A DNA stretch of 64,000 nt from Lingula anatina (Eukaryota; Animalia; Brachiopoda): positions 21,018,001-21,082,000 of the forward strand of contig CM120642.1 in the NCBI GenBank assembly GCA_051362555.1, read 5' to 3'. A program made the translations under genes and the position numbers. The notes under the pieces are model-generated. The model saw only the letters and a list, made by a program, of their open reading frames with translations. It made no database searches and was not told where the DNA came from. Below, piece by piece: positions 12,901 to 24,925 of this stretch (within the stretch, counting starts at the first letter, position 1; each line of letters opens with the position of its first letter).

Positions 12901-15254
12901 GCAATCTGTTCCATGTCTCAAGACTTGGTACTGAAGTCCATAAAAATGAAATAAGCCACATGTACTCTGGAAGTTCTGTATTACTGTTAGGCTGAGAGGT
13001 CCAGCCAGTGAAACTCTCCCACCTACCATAAACACTGGATATGAACACTTCCACTTTGGACACACAGTCACTATTGGCCACAAAGCACTTAAAAGTCCTT
13101 TTTTCCAAGTGGAAAAGTGAAAAGTCCATAAAAGATTGTTTTAAAAATGAAATAAATAACAATTTTAAAAAATAATGTAGGTTTCCAAAAGGTGGTACTG
13201 AAAATTGCAGTCAGTGGCTATTTGCAAATTTAAAGAAAATTTTCCTGAGAAATCTTGATGTACCTACTCATGAACCCCACAGGTCTATCTGTTGGACCCA
13301 ATCTTCTCTGTATATACACCTTGTCACTGTTGAGACTCTCAACAACCAAAGCTACCCAGTCTTCTGTATGGCAGTGACAGATACAGAGTGTGGAGTTTAC
13401 CTGGGAGATACCTTGATACAAGGCTCTGAGCAGTATCTGTGCAATATGTGTATATATACACATATCCATATGCACAAACACTTTGCTCCACTGCTTTACT
13501 TATGAAAAAAAGATCTTAAGAAACCTACAAATATAATTTGACTTAACTACTTTGTAACACTGTCAGTCATTGTGTCTTGAATGGTTCTTTCACTTCCAGT
13601 TTTTGACAAAGGAAACTGTGTTGTTGAGTAAATATACAGCATATGCATTTTCAGTACAATTACATTCAACTAGGACAAGTACAGGCAGAACACATTATCA
13701 AATCTACAGCTAGTAACACATCTGCAAATGTATTCAAATAAAGAACAGTAAAATTCAGTGGCTAAAAGCATGGTTATCAATTAACTGTCCAGTGTAGCAC
13801 TCAATTCAGAAGTTAGCACCTATATACTCTAGCACACAGACCCAATTCTGGCTTGGACACAATACAATCACAAAGTTTTTTTTCATGAAATATATTACTA
13901 CAGTCTTGTCCCATTGTTCTTCAGAACAGAAAAACTGTACTCTTTCAACCATTCATTTAAAAGTTCAAGTTAAAAACAGATGTGTTACCAGCAATATTAA
14001 AGATATAAGGTAAATAATTTTCACTTAAATGTTGTAACAAAAAGATGGAATAATGAGAATGAATGACAAAAATAATTGAGTACTGTGGATTACATTATGC
14101 TAAATACAATTGAACATAAAATAAGGACTTTTTTGCAGTATTATTTTGTGACTTTTGATCTTTTTTTTTCCTTTTTCCAACCTCTCACAGACATACTATA
14201 TGATTATCTAAACCTTTCAATCTCAGGGTATTATACATATAAAATGAAGAGCTAAAACAGACGCGGTTGGTTTAAGTATATACAAATGTTAAGTTAAAAT
14301 GATCTTGACTGTTCCAGTAGAACGAGTTATTAAATGAAACAGTTCTGCAGAATTCAAATTTACAAATGACAAAGAGGAATTCTACAGAACTTCCAGGCAA
14401 GATATCTTAGTTTACAGCCTCTCACAGAAGGAGAAAAGCAGGGGATATTTTTCCACACTGCTGTTTACACACTGTAGAAAGTCGTCACCAGTGCCCAAAT
14501 CGTTTGCTCTACCAGGACACTTGACCCATATCTTCTATGGCGTAGTACCCCAGTAGGCCAAATGACATGGAAAGACACCAAGGTCATCAAGCTGTACTAC
14601 ATAAATAAATATCTAGGAAAATGTCACCCTTGTTCAAACCCTATGCAATATTACCAATTATCTGTCTGCTGCATTCTAATAAGACCAAGATAAAACTAAG
14701 AATAAATGAGATGAAAAAACTGCACTGAAGTGCAGATCAAGCTACTGCACCCGGTTCACTTCACTAAATGTTACATGTTATTCTGAAAATGCTCTTTTCA
14801 ATTACTACCAATCTTTGCTGTTCTAGCTGTAGGAAGCAAACATTCACTTGATGACAACATACGCTACACTATAATGACATCTCTTTCAATTTCTGTTTAA
14901 ATACAGCACATTCTTTATGTCACATCCACATTTTCAATTCCTCACACAACCTTTTTCATTTACCATAAACTACATTCATTAGACAAAATAGACAATAATC
15001 TCAAGTGTGGTACAGCAAAAAGATAAGCTTAGTAAGTTCACTTAAAACACCATAAAATAAGAAAGGCATTAAAATAGAAATAATAACAGTGCATCCATAC
15101 AAAATACATTCATACACCTTTTTTCCACAGTATACTTACTTAACATCACAGTTTCCCTACATGAACTAAGTAAATCCTAATCACTAAGATGAGGAACTAT
15201 TGTTATCTTTGCATGCCAACTCTTTGTTTTTCTTCTTAGTGCCATTACCATTGG

Positions 15255-18200
15255 TTACTTAACAGAAACAGCTTGAAGAGGAGAAGAGTTCTCATCTAGT
15301 TCTTGTCTGAACTCACTTCCACAATGACCCAAACTGTTTTCACCTTCTTCATTGTACAGTCTCTTGATGCTCTCAGACACATCTTCCTCATCCTCTAGTT
15401 GGTCCACTTTGCGCTTGGTGGCTTTGTCCTTTAATGTGGAGTAGATATAGACTGTGTTGATGTGCCGACTGGAGGCCAGATGACGGGAGATGATTTCACG
15501 ACAACGAATAAGGTGGACGTTATCAACCTGAAGAAGAAATAGAACAAAGATGCAACAATGAATTCATTTTTCTTTGAAGTTAGGAGAAAAATGTAAATAA
15601 GTACAAGTAATTAAGCATGCAATTTTTAGATTACTTTTAAAAAAGAAATAAAACAAAACCCCCCTGGACCTCACTGAGAATATCTTACCTTGACTAACTG
15701 TTGCATCCTGACTGTCACTGGCAGCCAGTTGTTGGTGGCAAACAGTTCCAGTTCCAGGCTGACCAGGGCCAGTGCTAGTGTTGATGGCTTGAAGGCCAGC
15801 AGTTGGTGCTGAGCCAGGCAATGTTTCAGTTTCTGGGTCATCAAGGACAGCTGACGTGAGGGGGTCATCTGCATCAGGTTGTTCAGCAGATATGGGTGTT
15901 TGGTCAACAACAATGCATGGAACTAAGAAAATAATATTACCATGAGTAAAGGGTGAAATAAACAGGAAAGCAGACAACAAAATTGGAACATATATTACAT
16001 AGAATAATAATTTATGCCACAACCAACCACACTACTTATAACAAGCTTATAATTTGTTATTATGGAACCACCAAGCAATATTAATGATAAATATAATAAG
16101 GGATAGAAAATTTGTAAAGTGCATTCAATGGCGAAAAGAAGGCCAAAGGTCAAATTCAAGGTCACGTTAAGATTAATTTTATTGTTTTTAATCAGCACAA
16201 AAATAGATTCATTACTGAATAATTAGATGCAGGAAAAAAACTCATTTACGGTATTTGGGTGATAAAAAACCCTTACAATACCCTTTAAGTAAGTATTCCA
16301 AGGTACTGCAGTTATCAAAGACACAAAAAGATGGAGGAAGCGAGAAACACAAACGATTAAAGATCAAAAGAAATATGCATATGTATAAATTATGCGGGAG
16401 TTAAACTAATAAAGAATACAAGTCCTCTTACTATGTGCAGGAAATCAATGGCTGTAACTGTCAGCAAATCCCAGTGTAGTTTGTCCAGTATAATCCTCTC
16501 CATACGTAGGACCTCAGCCACAGTGCAGCCACTTTGACTGTCCACCACATAGTCCAAGGAACCAGGAATTACCTGTAAGATCACCATTAACATGTCCAGG
16601 GTAATAAAATCATTAAAACTGAGCAAGATAAATGGAATACGTAATTCTATTTTGATCTTAGCGCTGACTTAATAAAGCCCCCTTTACACTGGATGGCTTC
16701 CTTTCTGCGTCCAGCAGTACGGCCCCATTTGAGAGTTAAAGAAGTATAATACTTTAGGTGCCGACAACTGGCCGATCATAGAGCATTCATTCTGATACAA
16801 AATCAATGCTCGTGCCTCCTTATTAAGACCACAGCGATGCCAAATTTCATGGTCGCAGAAAGGATGCAGAAAGGACGCCGTCCAGTGTAAAGGGGGTATA
16901 AGCATTCTTGCCTATCCTTACACATTCTTCTTTTCATCTGGATTTATCTCTGGTCCACTGTGAGCGCATTCAGAACATTGGACTAACAGATCTGTGGATC
17001 AAATATGGCGACCCACTAAAAAAGCTTGCTATCTGTTTCTCCAATTAGACACTGAACAGATTCCGCGTGAGGATTACACAACAGGCATTCAAGTGGGTCG
17101 GCCATATTTGATCTTTGGATCTGTTAGTGTGCCGTTCTGAATACACTATATGAGAGGACATAACATGTAATTATGCTACAGGGGGAATTACTCTTTTTCA
17201 CAAAAGTTCTCCAAAATTTCTCTTCCTGCTTTATAGTTACTTAACAGGCAGTAACAAGCACCACATCCTCACAAACTTCAGTTTTCCAAAATACTCTTTT
17301 TCCCATCCTAGTTTTCCTTGGAGTGTATCCTTACCTCGTCTTCCTCCAAAGTTTTGGCAGCTAAATACAAACAGCTAACAGCTATACACTGAGCATACTT
17401 GGGGCGGGCCTAGAATCAAGAAATGTTCAAGCTAATTATCTTTCTATTTTTTTTTGTGTGTGTACAAGAAAAGCCAATATGTCCACAATAACATAGCATG
17501 TATAAAGTTCAAGTAGAGTAGGATGGTATGGGACCAGAATGTCAGTAAGGTATTATGAGGTACAAGATGTAAGATTTATGTCACACAGAAGGAACTTTTT
17601 GGGAGCTAACATTTGACATGCTTTTTAAATTTGTACCCAGCATTTTATTTATTTATTTATTTATTTATTTATTTTCTTGTTTGACAACAGTTCAAGTTAA
17701 GTTGGTGTGGGGAGAGATTAAAATTTGGCCATTGTGTACAATATCCCCTTACCTTCACACACTGCAGAAAACGATCCAAAAGACTGACACCAAGTGCAAA
17801 TGTTTCAGGATGGAAGTGAAATTTATCACTAAGTTTTGTTAACCATCTCACCATTTCATCTCGCTGTTCTTGGACAACTTCTGTTTCCTAAAATGTATAT
17901 GTTCATTAAAATGTACATGTTCATTAAAATGCATGCCACTAAAATCAAGGCATTAAAGTTGTCAAATGCACAGACAAAAAGCAAAAAAATGATGCACAAT
18001 ATATGCTGAAAAAAAAATTGCTAAACTTAGCAGAAAAAAAGCTGATTTTCCAACTGAAGCAGTATTTTAGTCCAATGAATCTTTTCTGAAATTTTGAGAA
18101 TTATAAGTTTTGTTCTTAATGGTCATTATGGCAACTGTGCCCAAAATAGGGTTTTCTTGGACTTTGATGCAATATAACATAATGCTTAACAGCATAATCA

Positions 18201-18990
18201 CCAACCTTTTTGAATAAAATAATTAATGTATCATGGATATTAAAAAAATTTGACTAGCAAAAGTCTTCAGGACTATGGAAGTTCAGTCACACTTTGAAAA
18301 CGCCATGATGTGAAAATGAACATTTCACAAAAAATGAATAACTTCCAGAAAAAGACACTAATTAGAACCGTTTTCCAACTCAAGCTGTACTTGAGTTCTG
18401 TTTCTTTTTTGGAAGTTTAAAAATAGTAAATGTCATGATTTTCCTTAAATGGTCACTATGGTGGCAGTGTCCAAAATAGAGTTTTCTTTAATTTTGATGC
18501 AATATTACATAATGCTTCACAGATTAATCACTACCAACTTTTAATCATCTACTCTACGTAACACAGACATTCATAAAATGTAACTACAATTTTGCTTCAT
18601 GCCCGTAGCAATTCTAAGTCTCACAATTAAAAACCCAATATATTAAAAATGAAAATTTCTCAAATAACTGCATAGCTTCCAGAAACAGTATGCAATCAGA
18701 CTGGTTTTTCAAAAGGCAATAAATGTCACAGGTGCACACAGGTAACTGATGACATAATAATCTAGCCATTGTATTCCACCTGCAACAGAAAAACTCTGAT
18801 GGCTTCATCATTTCAGATACCAGTACAATGCTTCTTACTAATTTGTTTTTACAATTGAACTTCTGTCAATACCTACATTTTTCTGCTGTGATCTGCCAGT
18901 ATTAGGCTTCCAATAGCTCCTTTCTTTGCGAAGGGCCTCCTCAAGCATGTGCAACAGCTGCATGCTGCCCATATCACTATGAAGTCTCAT
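15255..18990 (-). CDS. CCNI: Cyclin I (~323 aa)
   Basis: Exons 18990-18877, 17887-17753, 17409-17335, 16572-16432, 15922-15689 and 15527-15255, all GT-AG and phase 0. Cyclin box: QRDEMVRWL...PETFALGVSLLDRFL, PKYAQCIAVSCLYLAAKTLEEDE, EVLRMERIILDKLHWDL. Cyclin-I-type tail KRKVDQLEDEEDVSESIKRLYNEE. A probable non-coding first exon ends at the donor at 20466. Confidence 0.93.
16676..16898. mobile_element. Tourist/Harbinger-like MITE in a cyclin I intron
   Basis: ~36-bp imperfect TIRs ccccctttacactggatggcttcctttctgcgtcc / ggatgcagaaaggacgccgtccagtgtaaaggggg, with TAA on both flanks. Confidence 0.75.
16962..17147. mobile_element. Hairpin MITE
   Basis: ~55-bp imperfect inverted termini (cattcagaac..actaacagatc..gatcaaatatggcgacccact and its reverse complement). 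A related half-copy lies at ~23736-23800. Confidence 0.65.
17943..18690 (-). mobile_element. Partial, diverged HINE-like copy in a cyclin I intron
   Basis: The 3' terminus caaggc...tgtcaaatgcacagacaaaaagc and the internal units resemble 34040-35270. Confidence 0.65.
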
Positions 18991-20465
18991 CCTGGACACC
19001 CACACACCTCCTCGGCCTCAGAAACTGCAGCAGAAACATGAATATTAATTCAATGACCCCAAGCAAGGCACATTTAAATTAAGAAATTTTGAAAATAAAA
19101 CTAAAAGACAAGTCTCAAAACTAACTTTTGAACATAAATGCACTGGTCCTCCCAAACCCAATATACAAACTCTGGGCCCTAAAAATTTTATATTATATAA
19201 GCTCTTGGCATTTGCTGCCAAAATTCTTAAAAGAAATATTGAAAGATACAAATCAATCTAATCAAACTATTTTTTTTAAACTGGTACTATATTTAAAACT
19301 TAGGAATCATATCTGTAACTTAAAGAATAAAAAGATATTTTCTTAAATAGTGGTCACAAGTGTACAGCAACAGTACAGGCGATGGCTACATATCTAGCAA
19401 GTCTGTTCATAAAAAGGCATCGTTTCCTTAAAAGATAAATATTTAAATCATGGAAGAGAGATCCAAAATGATATAAAACAAAAATAAGGACCTCAAAATA
19501 AAATATTGAATTGTCCATGAGACAAGGTCATTTCCACGAAAAATGTAGCCTTTCATGCCATTTTCTCCTCCCCTTTCAAAGTTTAAATGTATTTATTCTT
19601 TTAGTCTTACATGGTCACATCTTTTGTTGAAGGTAACACATCTATCACAGTTGTTACTTGACTTGACATATGCAAATGTGTCTTCTGATAAGAGTCAGAG
19701 GTACGATTCTATAGATATGACACTGTTAATATTAATCAGCTTGGACATAGAACAGCATTAATTACCAAAAAATAAAAAATAAATAAAATAACAAAAATAA
19801 AATGAGGTCAGTTTTCCATATTCATGTGTCCATAATTCAGGGCATATAAACCAGACATATATGCTCCTTTTTCATAACACGGCAAGGCTTTCTCCAGAGA
19901 GTTGCCCTTCCTGATTTGGATGGCCATTGGCCTCAAAAGATGGCCCATATTTTCAAAGACGGTTGTACAATTTACGCAATTTTTAGGAAATTGATGGGAT
20001 GGGATCCCTGAAAATTGATGATGAAATTACAGATTCACAAAATGGACTACTAGTACCTGTACCCCAAATCCTGAAGAAAGCTGCACTGTAACATGGAATA
20101 CTTTGCTCCTGTTATTCAAGGTTTTAACTTTTGATATAACTGTCTTATTGACTTAAATCTTTATCTTTTTGATACCTTTCATATAACAAAATAGATCCTA
20201 CAATTTACATTAAATTCTAATTTTAGGCCCGACTTTCCTGATCAAAGTCACCACATATATGAACACTGAAAATCAAAACCACAGACTCTCACCAGTTGGG
20301 GGAATATTGCAAAAGTATCCAAAATGATTTTAAAGATAACCATTCTTTCGTCATTAAAAAGACATCGAATAACCATAAACAGAAAGAGAGAAGTCGAGAA
20401 ATGTCATTTCTGACCTACTTAGTTATAACCTGTCAAACTTGCTTAGTTAAACTAGTATTACTTAC

Positions 20466-21295
20466 CTCCCCGTTCAAACGGTCTCTATTAAGGAAAATGG
20501 CGACTAAGTTTGCCATAAACGCGTCTTCAGTCACTTTTTACAATCTAGTCGCTTCCATGTTTGACTTTTCCCTGTAAAACCTCCAAAATGGTAGGGAAAT
20601 TTTAAAGGGGTAATTTTCGTGATGGGAAGTGTTTACAAAATGGCGTCGTAAGTTGCGTCGCCAGCTGTTGAATAGATTCTTCCGCTCAAAAAGGTCGTTT
20701 TCATTATAAAGATAAAAGAAGGAGAAATTTGATCAAAGTATATCTTTTATTTCACAACACTATAAAATAACAATAATAAAAATTTTATATTTACTGGGGT
20801 ATATTTAAATGCAGACTGAGTAATCTACGACTTATTTTTTGATAAGTGCCCCGGTGTAGGCTGAAAGATGTGATGCGGTGGTGAAAGGTCGACCCAGCTG
20901 TCAAAGGGGGAATTTTTGACGTCTAATTAATTGTAAACGGGTAAGCATTACAGTATGGAATTCAAGCGATATTAAAATAAGAACAAGGTTATTTTGTTTT
21001 ATTTTATTTAAGTTTTTGATGTTGGGTATAAGGGAGATTTGGAAATTTGTTTGCGGTGGACCACAGCCCAATAGCGTAACCTAAAAATAAAGCAGGCCAT
21101 GAAGTAACCAATAGGAAGGCGTCGATAGGGATTAACTTTAGGCGGACTCTTCAAACGTAGACTTCACAATCACATCAGCTGATGAGGCACCTTTTTAATT
21201 TACAACGTATATTTTTGTAGCACGGCCTAAAATGAACATGAAATACTGATTAGAAAAGTTGGTAGTGAGCCAGCGGGGAGTGTTGGAGGAGAGGT
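20466..21295. promoter_or_regulatory. Bidirectional promoter / 5' region shared by cyclin I and cyclin G
   Basis: CpG-richer island between divergent genes. YY1-like AAAATGGCG at 20494-20502 and 20637-20645, CCAAT boxes near 21069 and 21108, and a GC-box-like aggcgga near 21140. Confidence 0.6.
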
Positions 21296-21890
21296 ATGGG
21301 CCCGATTTCATTGGAAATGAGCGAGAAATTGACTGAGGAGAGGATGCAGCAGGAATGTCCAGCAGAGGCGAGACCCCAAAATCTTGCACAGAAAGTGAAG
21401 GCAAGTTCATGTTTTCTCAGATGCTTAAAAGTGTTTTTGTCCAATTCATTCGATATTGTTGATTTTATCATTGAGATACTGGAAGACCTGTTGTTTTTGT
21501 GTTAGATAGCATGGGGATTCCAATTTACAGTAAACTTTTATTTGTCAAACATGATGGAAGATATAAATATTGATAACTGTGATCAACTGCTTTTGTTGTA
21601 TTTCAGAAGACTATGATCACATCAAAGAGGATGGAATTGTGGGAACAGCTGCAGAAAGCATTGTCTTTGGCAGTGAAATACAAAGCAAAGGTTTTAGAGA
21701 CAGGAGATGGTGTAAGTGATAAGCCTTGCTTTCCATTCTCCTTTTCCTGCTTAGGCAGTACAAATATAAAATGTCTATGCATCTGACCTCAGTCACTGTT
21801 AAAAAGTTTTTTAAAAGATAAACTACATATATGTGGCATATAACAAGCAATAGAGAGTTTCCAGACCCATCAGGATACTATGGCTGGATT

Positions 21891-21949
<59 letters not shown>

Positions 21950-24876
21950 TAACATAAACAGTAACCTGCTATAGCATATCAGTTCGTGTAATGTTGGTTG
22001 ACTAAAATGAAGGCAATATAAATTAATAATATTTCATATTATCCCATAACTTAATTATTATTGCTAATTTATTAGTGAATAAAGTAACAATGAATTACAG
22101 GAGCAATTTAGGTTATCCCCCCCCCCCCCTCCCTGTCTGGCTTAATAAGAAAGTGACAGTTGTACTAATTACATGCATGCTTGAACTGTTTTAAAGAGTA
22201 TATTGGGTTTTTTGATAACCTGCTGCACTGACTAGATACAAGCTTGTGTATTTGGCAGACTTGATTCAACTACCAGATGTGAAAGCAGTTAAAGGGATAA
22301 TAACTCTAAGTTTTGGCCAAAAAATGAATTTTCCTGGAGTAAACAACAATTTCCATACTTACCAATGGATAATGAATCCATTTTTACATTCAAAGTTAGT
22401 CCCTGGTTTTTTCTAAAAAGTTTCTTTTTTTTTTTTGGTTATAATCTCTTTTATATATAAAATAGTAACTTTAGAATTAGAAAATCTGCCAAATGTTGCA
22501 TTAATTTTGAATTTAGAGAGAAAATTAACTTGATTAGTTTTGTTTTGACTTTGGGACATTGCAATACATTTATAGTTACTGTACATACCTTTACTCATAT
22601 GTCATCCAGTTGAAGAGGGTCAGTCCATCCCAGCGTGACTCTTCTGTGAACAGACTGCGCTGTCTGCATAAGTTCTATGACTTCAGTCCTGAAACTCTGG
22701 CTTTGGCTGTCAATCTACTGGACAGATTCCTGGGGAAAGTGAAAGTAAGTATGATATATGCTCAACCAAAAAAGTTTGGAAACATTGTTACTTTGAATAA
22801 TTATAACTTATAAGATAACCTTATAAGCTCAATATTTTAACCATATATTGATGGATAATGCAACCAATATTTGTTAATTTTTTATATACACCGAGGATTT
22901 TCCTACAATATTACATAATTTTTTAATTATTGAAAACAATTTCATGAATCCTAACTTTTTTGGTTGAATGTATATAGTTTCTTTGTGTTTCTGTGTGTGC
23001 TGTTTCAGCTATTCTTGATTACGGATTAGGTTGGGCCACATTTCTGTGCTAATAGCGCATGGATTTAGCAAAAAGCGCAACAGGTTTATTGCATACGTGC
23101 TAAAAATAGCTCATTCTGATAAAAGCTGTACTCCAATACAATGCCATTATTCCAATCAGAATTGTAACCTGAAATAATTTCATTTACTATCTTTAATATA
23201 ATAAAACCATAAACTGACAGAAAAAATAATTGAAGGTGATCAAACACAAGTCAAATTTTATAGCGTTAATGTCGGATGTAGGCCACATGCTTCTAAATTA
23301 GCTGGACAACATCACCCTGCTGCTAAAGGACTGTTGAAGAAAGTAGACTCTGACTTATTTATTAAAACCAAGTATAAGATGATGGAATGTCTGATACCAA
23401 TCATGCAACTTAGTCTTTTCTTTCAAAAGAAAGATGTGGATATTGGAAATGAATAGTTATTTGTTAATTTTTTAATTTTTTGTTATTTTGCAACTTTTAA
23501 AATCAGCACTGTAAACAATAACAAAAATATAAAATTTATCAGGAAAATTAGTGATACAGGGCTTTTTTTTTTTTCACTGTTACATTGAAAGTAAGTAGGA
23601 TGGAATATCTGCTTTTGAATATCATGAGCAGCTTTGAAAGAAATTCTCTAGAGGCACTAAGGGTTTAAAATTGTATTAATTTTGATTTATATTGGGGAGA
23701 CCATTACCAAATCAGCAGTGTTTCTTTCATGTAGGGTCCGCGCCATATTTGATCCGCATATAAGTAGATCTGAGGATTCTCTGTTCTGAATGGGCTCTTA
23801 GTCTGCAGATCAACTTGTTCTTGAAGCATCCAAAAACTGATTGCGTACCTCTTCAGACCAATTGTTCAGTTTTGATCTGAAATTGCAGTTTTAAGACCAT
23901 TTAAGGTGCACTAGTGGTAAATACTACTAACAATTGTTTGCCTACTTAAAGGTATCTGTGTTTTTTTTTTTTTTTTTTTTTTTTGCATGCGTATCGCCAT
24001 GGATTTCAGAATCTGTATCACAGATTTTACGTGTAATATTACATGGCCATCACAAGGATTTTTCATGTGAAATACTATGTAGTTACATCCAGTTCACTAA
24101 GATATCTAGTCATGATAAATTTATTTTAATAAGACCTGGAAAAAGTGGTCAAATATCTGAATGTCTGGCTTTGAATATGGTCAGAAGTAGCATTTGTAAC
24201 AAATTGTAGAATGAGACATATATCAGACATGCTTTTTCTGCAGAATCATGGAACTCTTAGAATTTTGATTCGATTCTTATGGGACCTAAGGCAGACCCGG
24301 ATCCTAAGTCGATTAACTATTTTGTCACATGGTAAATGTTGGGAGATTTTTTTTTTTTTTTTAACCTAGGCTCATATCTGCTATATACTGTATTGACTTA
24401 ACACATATTGTCCTCTCTTCCAGGCACATGTCTGCTATATACTACAGTGATTTCACAGACATTGTCCTCTCTTCCAGGCTCATGTCTGCTTTATACCACA
24501 GTGATTTCACAAATATTGTCCTCTCTTCCAGGCACACCCTAAATACCTCCACTGCATCACGACTAGCTGTTATTACATTGCAATCAAAGTATTGGAGGAG
24601 TCCCAGGTAAACTGCAGGCTGATTGTACTGCCAGCTTTTAAAACCAGATTACATGTTCATGGTCCACCAAGTATAAAGGTTGAATGCCTCTGTAATCATT
24701 GGGCATAATGCTCTTGTAATTTTCCTGGCAATTAAGGCTGCTATCAGAAGACCACTATTGCTTAACATTTACATTTGTTTTAATTCTGTATTCAGTCTGC
24801 TAAGCTTATTCCAAAGTCCTGTTAAAACAGACCCCAGTAATGTATATCAGATAAGATGGATCAAATAGATGCTGTT

Positions 24877-24925
<49 letters not shown>

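Noticed and set aside
15564-16022. 152-aa minus-strand ORF that looks like a signal-peptide protein
   Set aside because: It is an alternative frame over a cyclin I exon and flanking intron, with no independent support.
16568-16578. CAG|GT at exon starts (cyclin I 16572, NBEA 7367 and 9902) as recursive splice sites
   Set aside because: Exons often begin with GT by chance or acceptor consensus, and the flanking introns are short.
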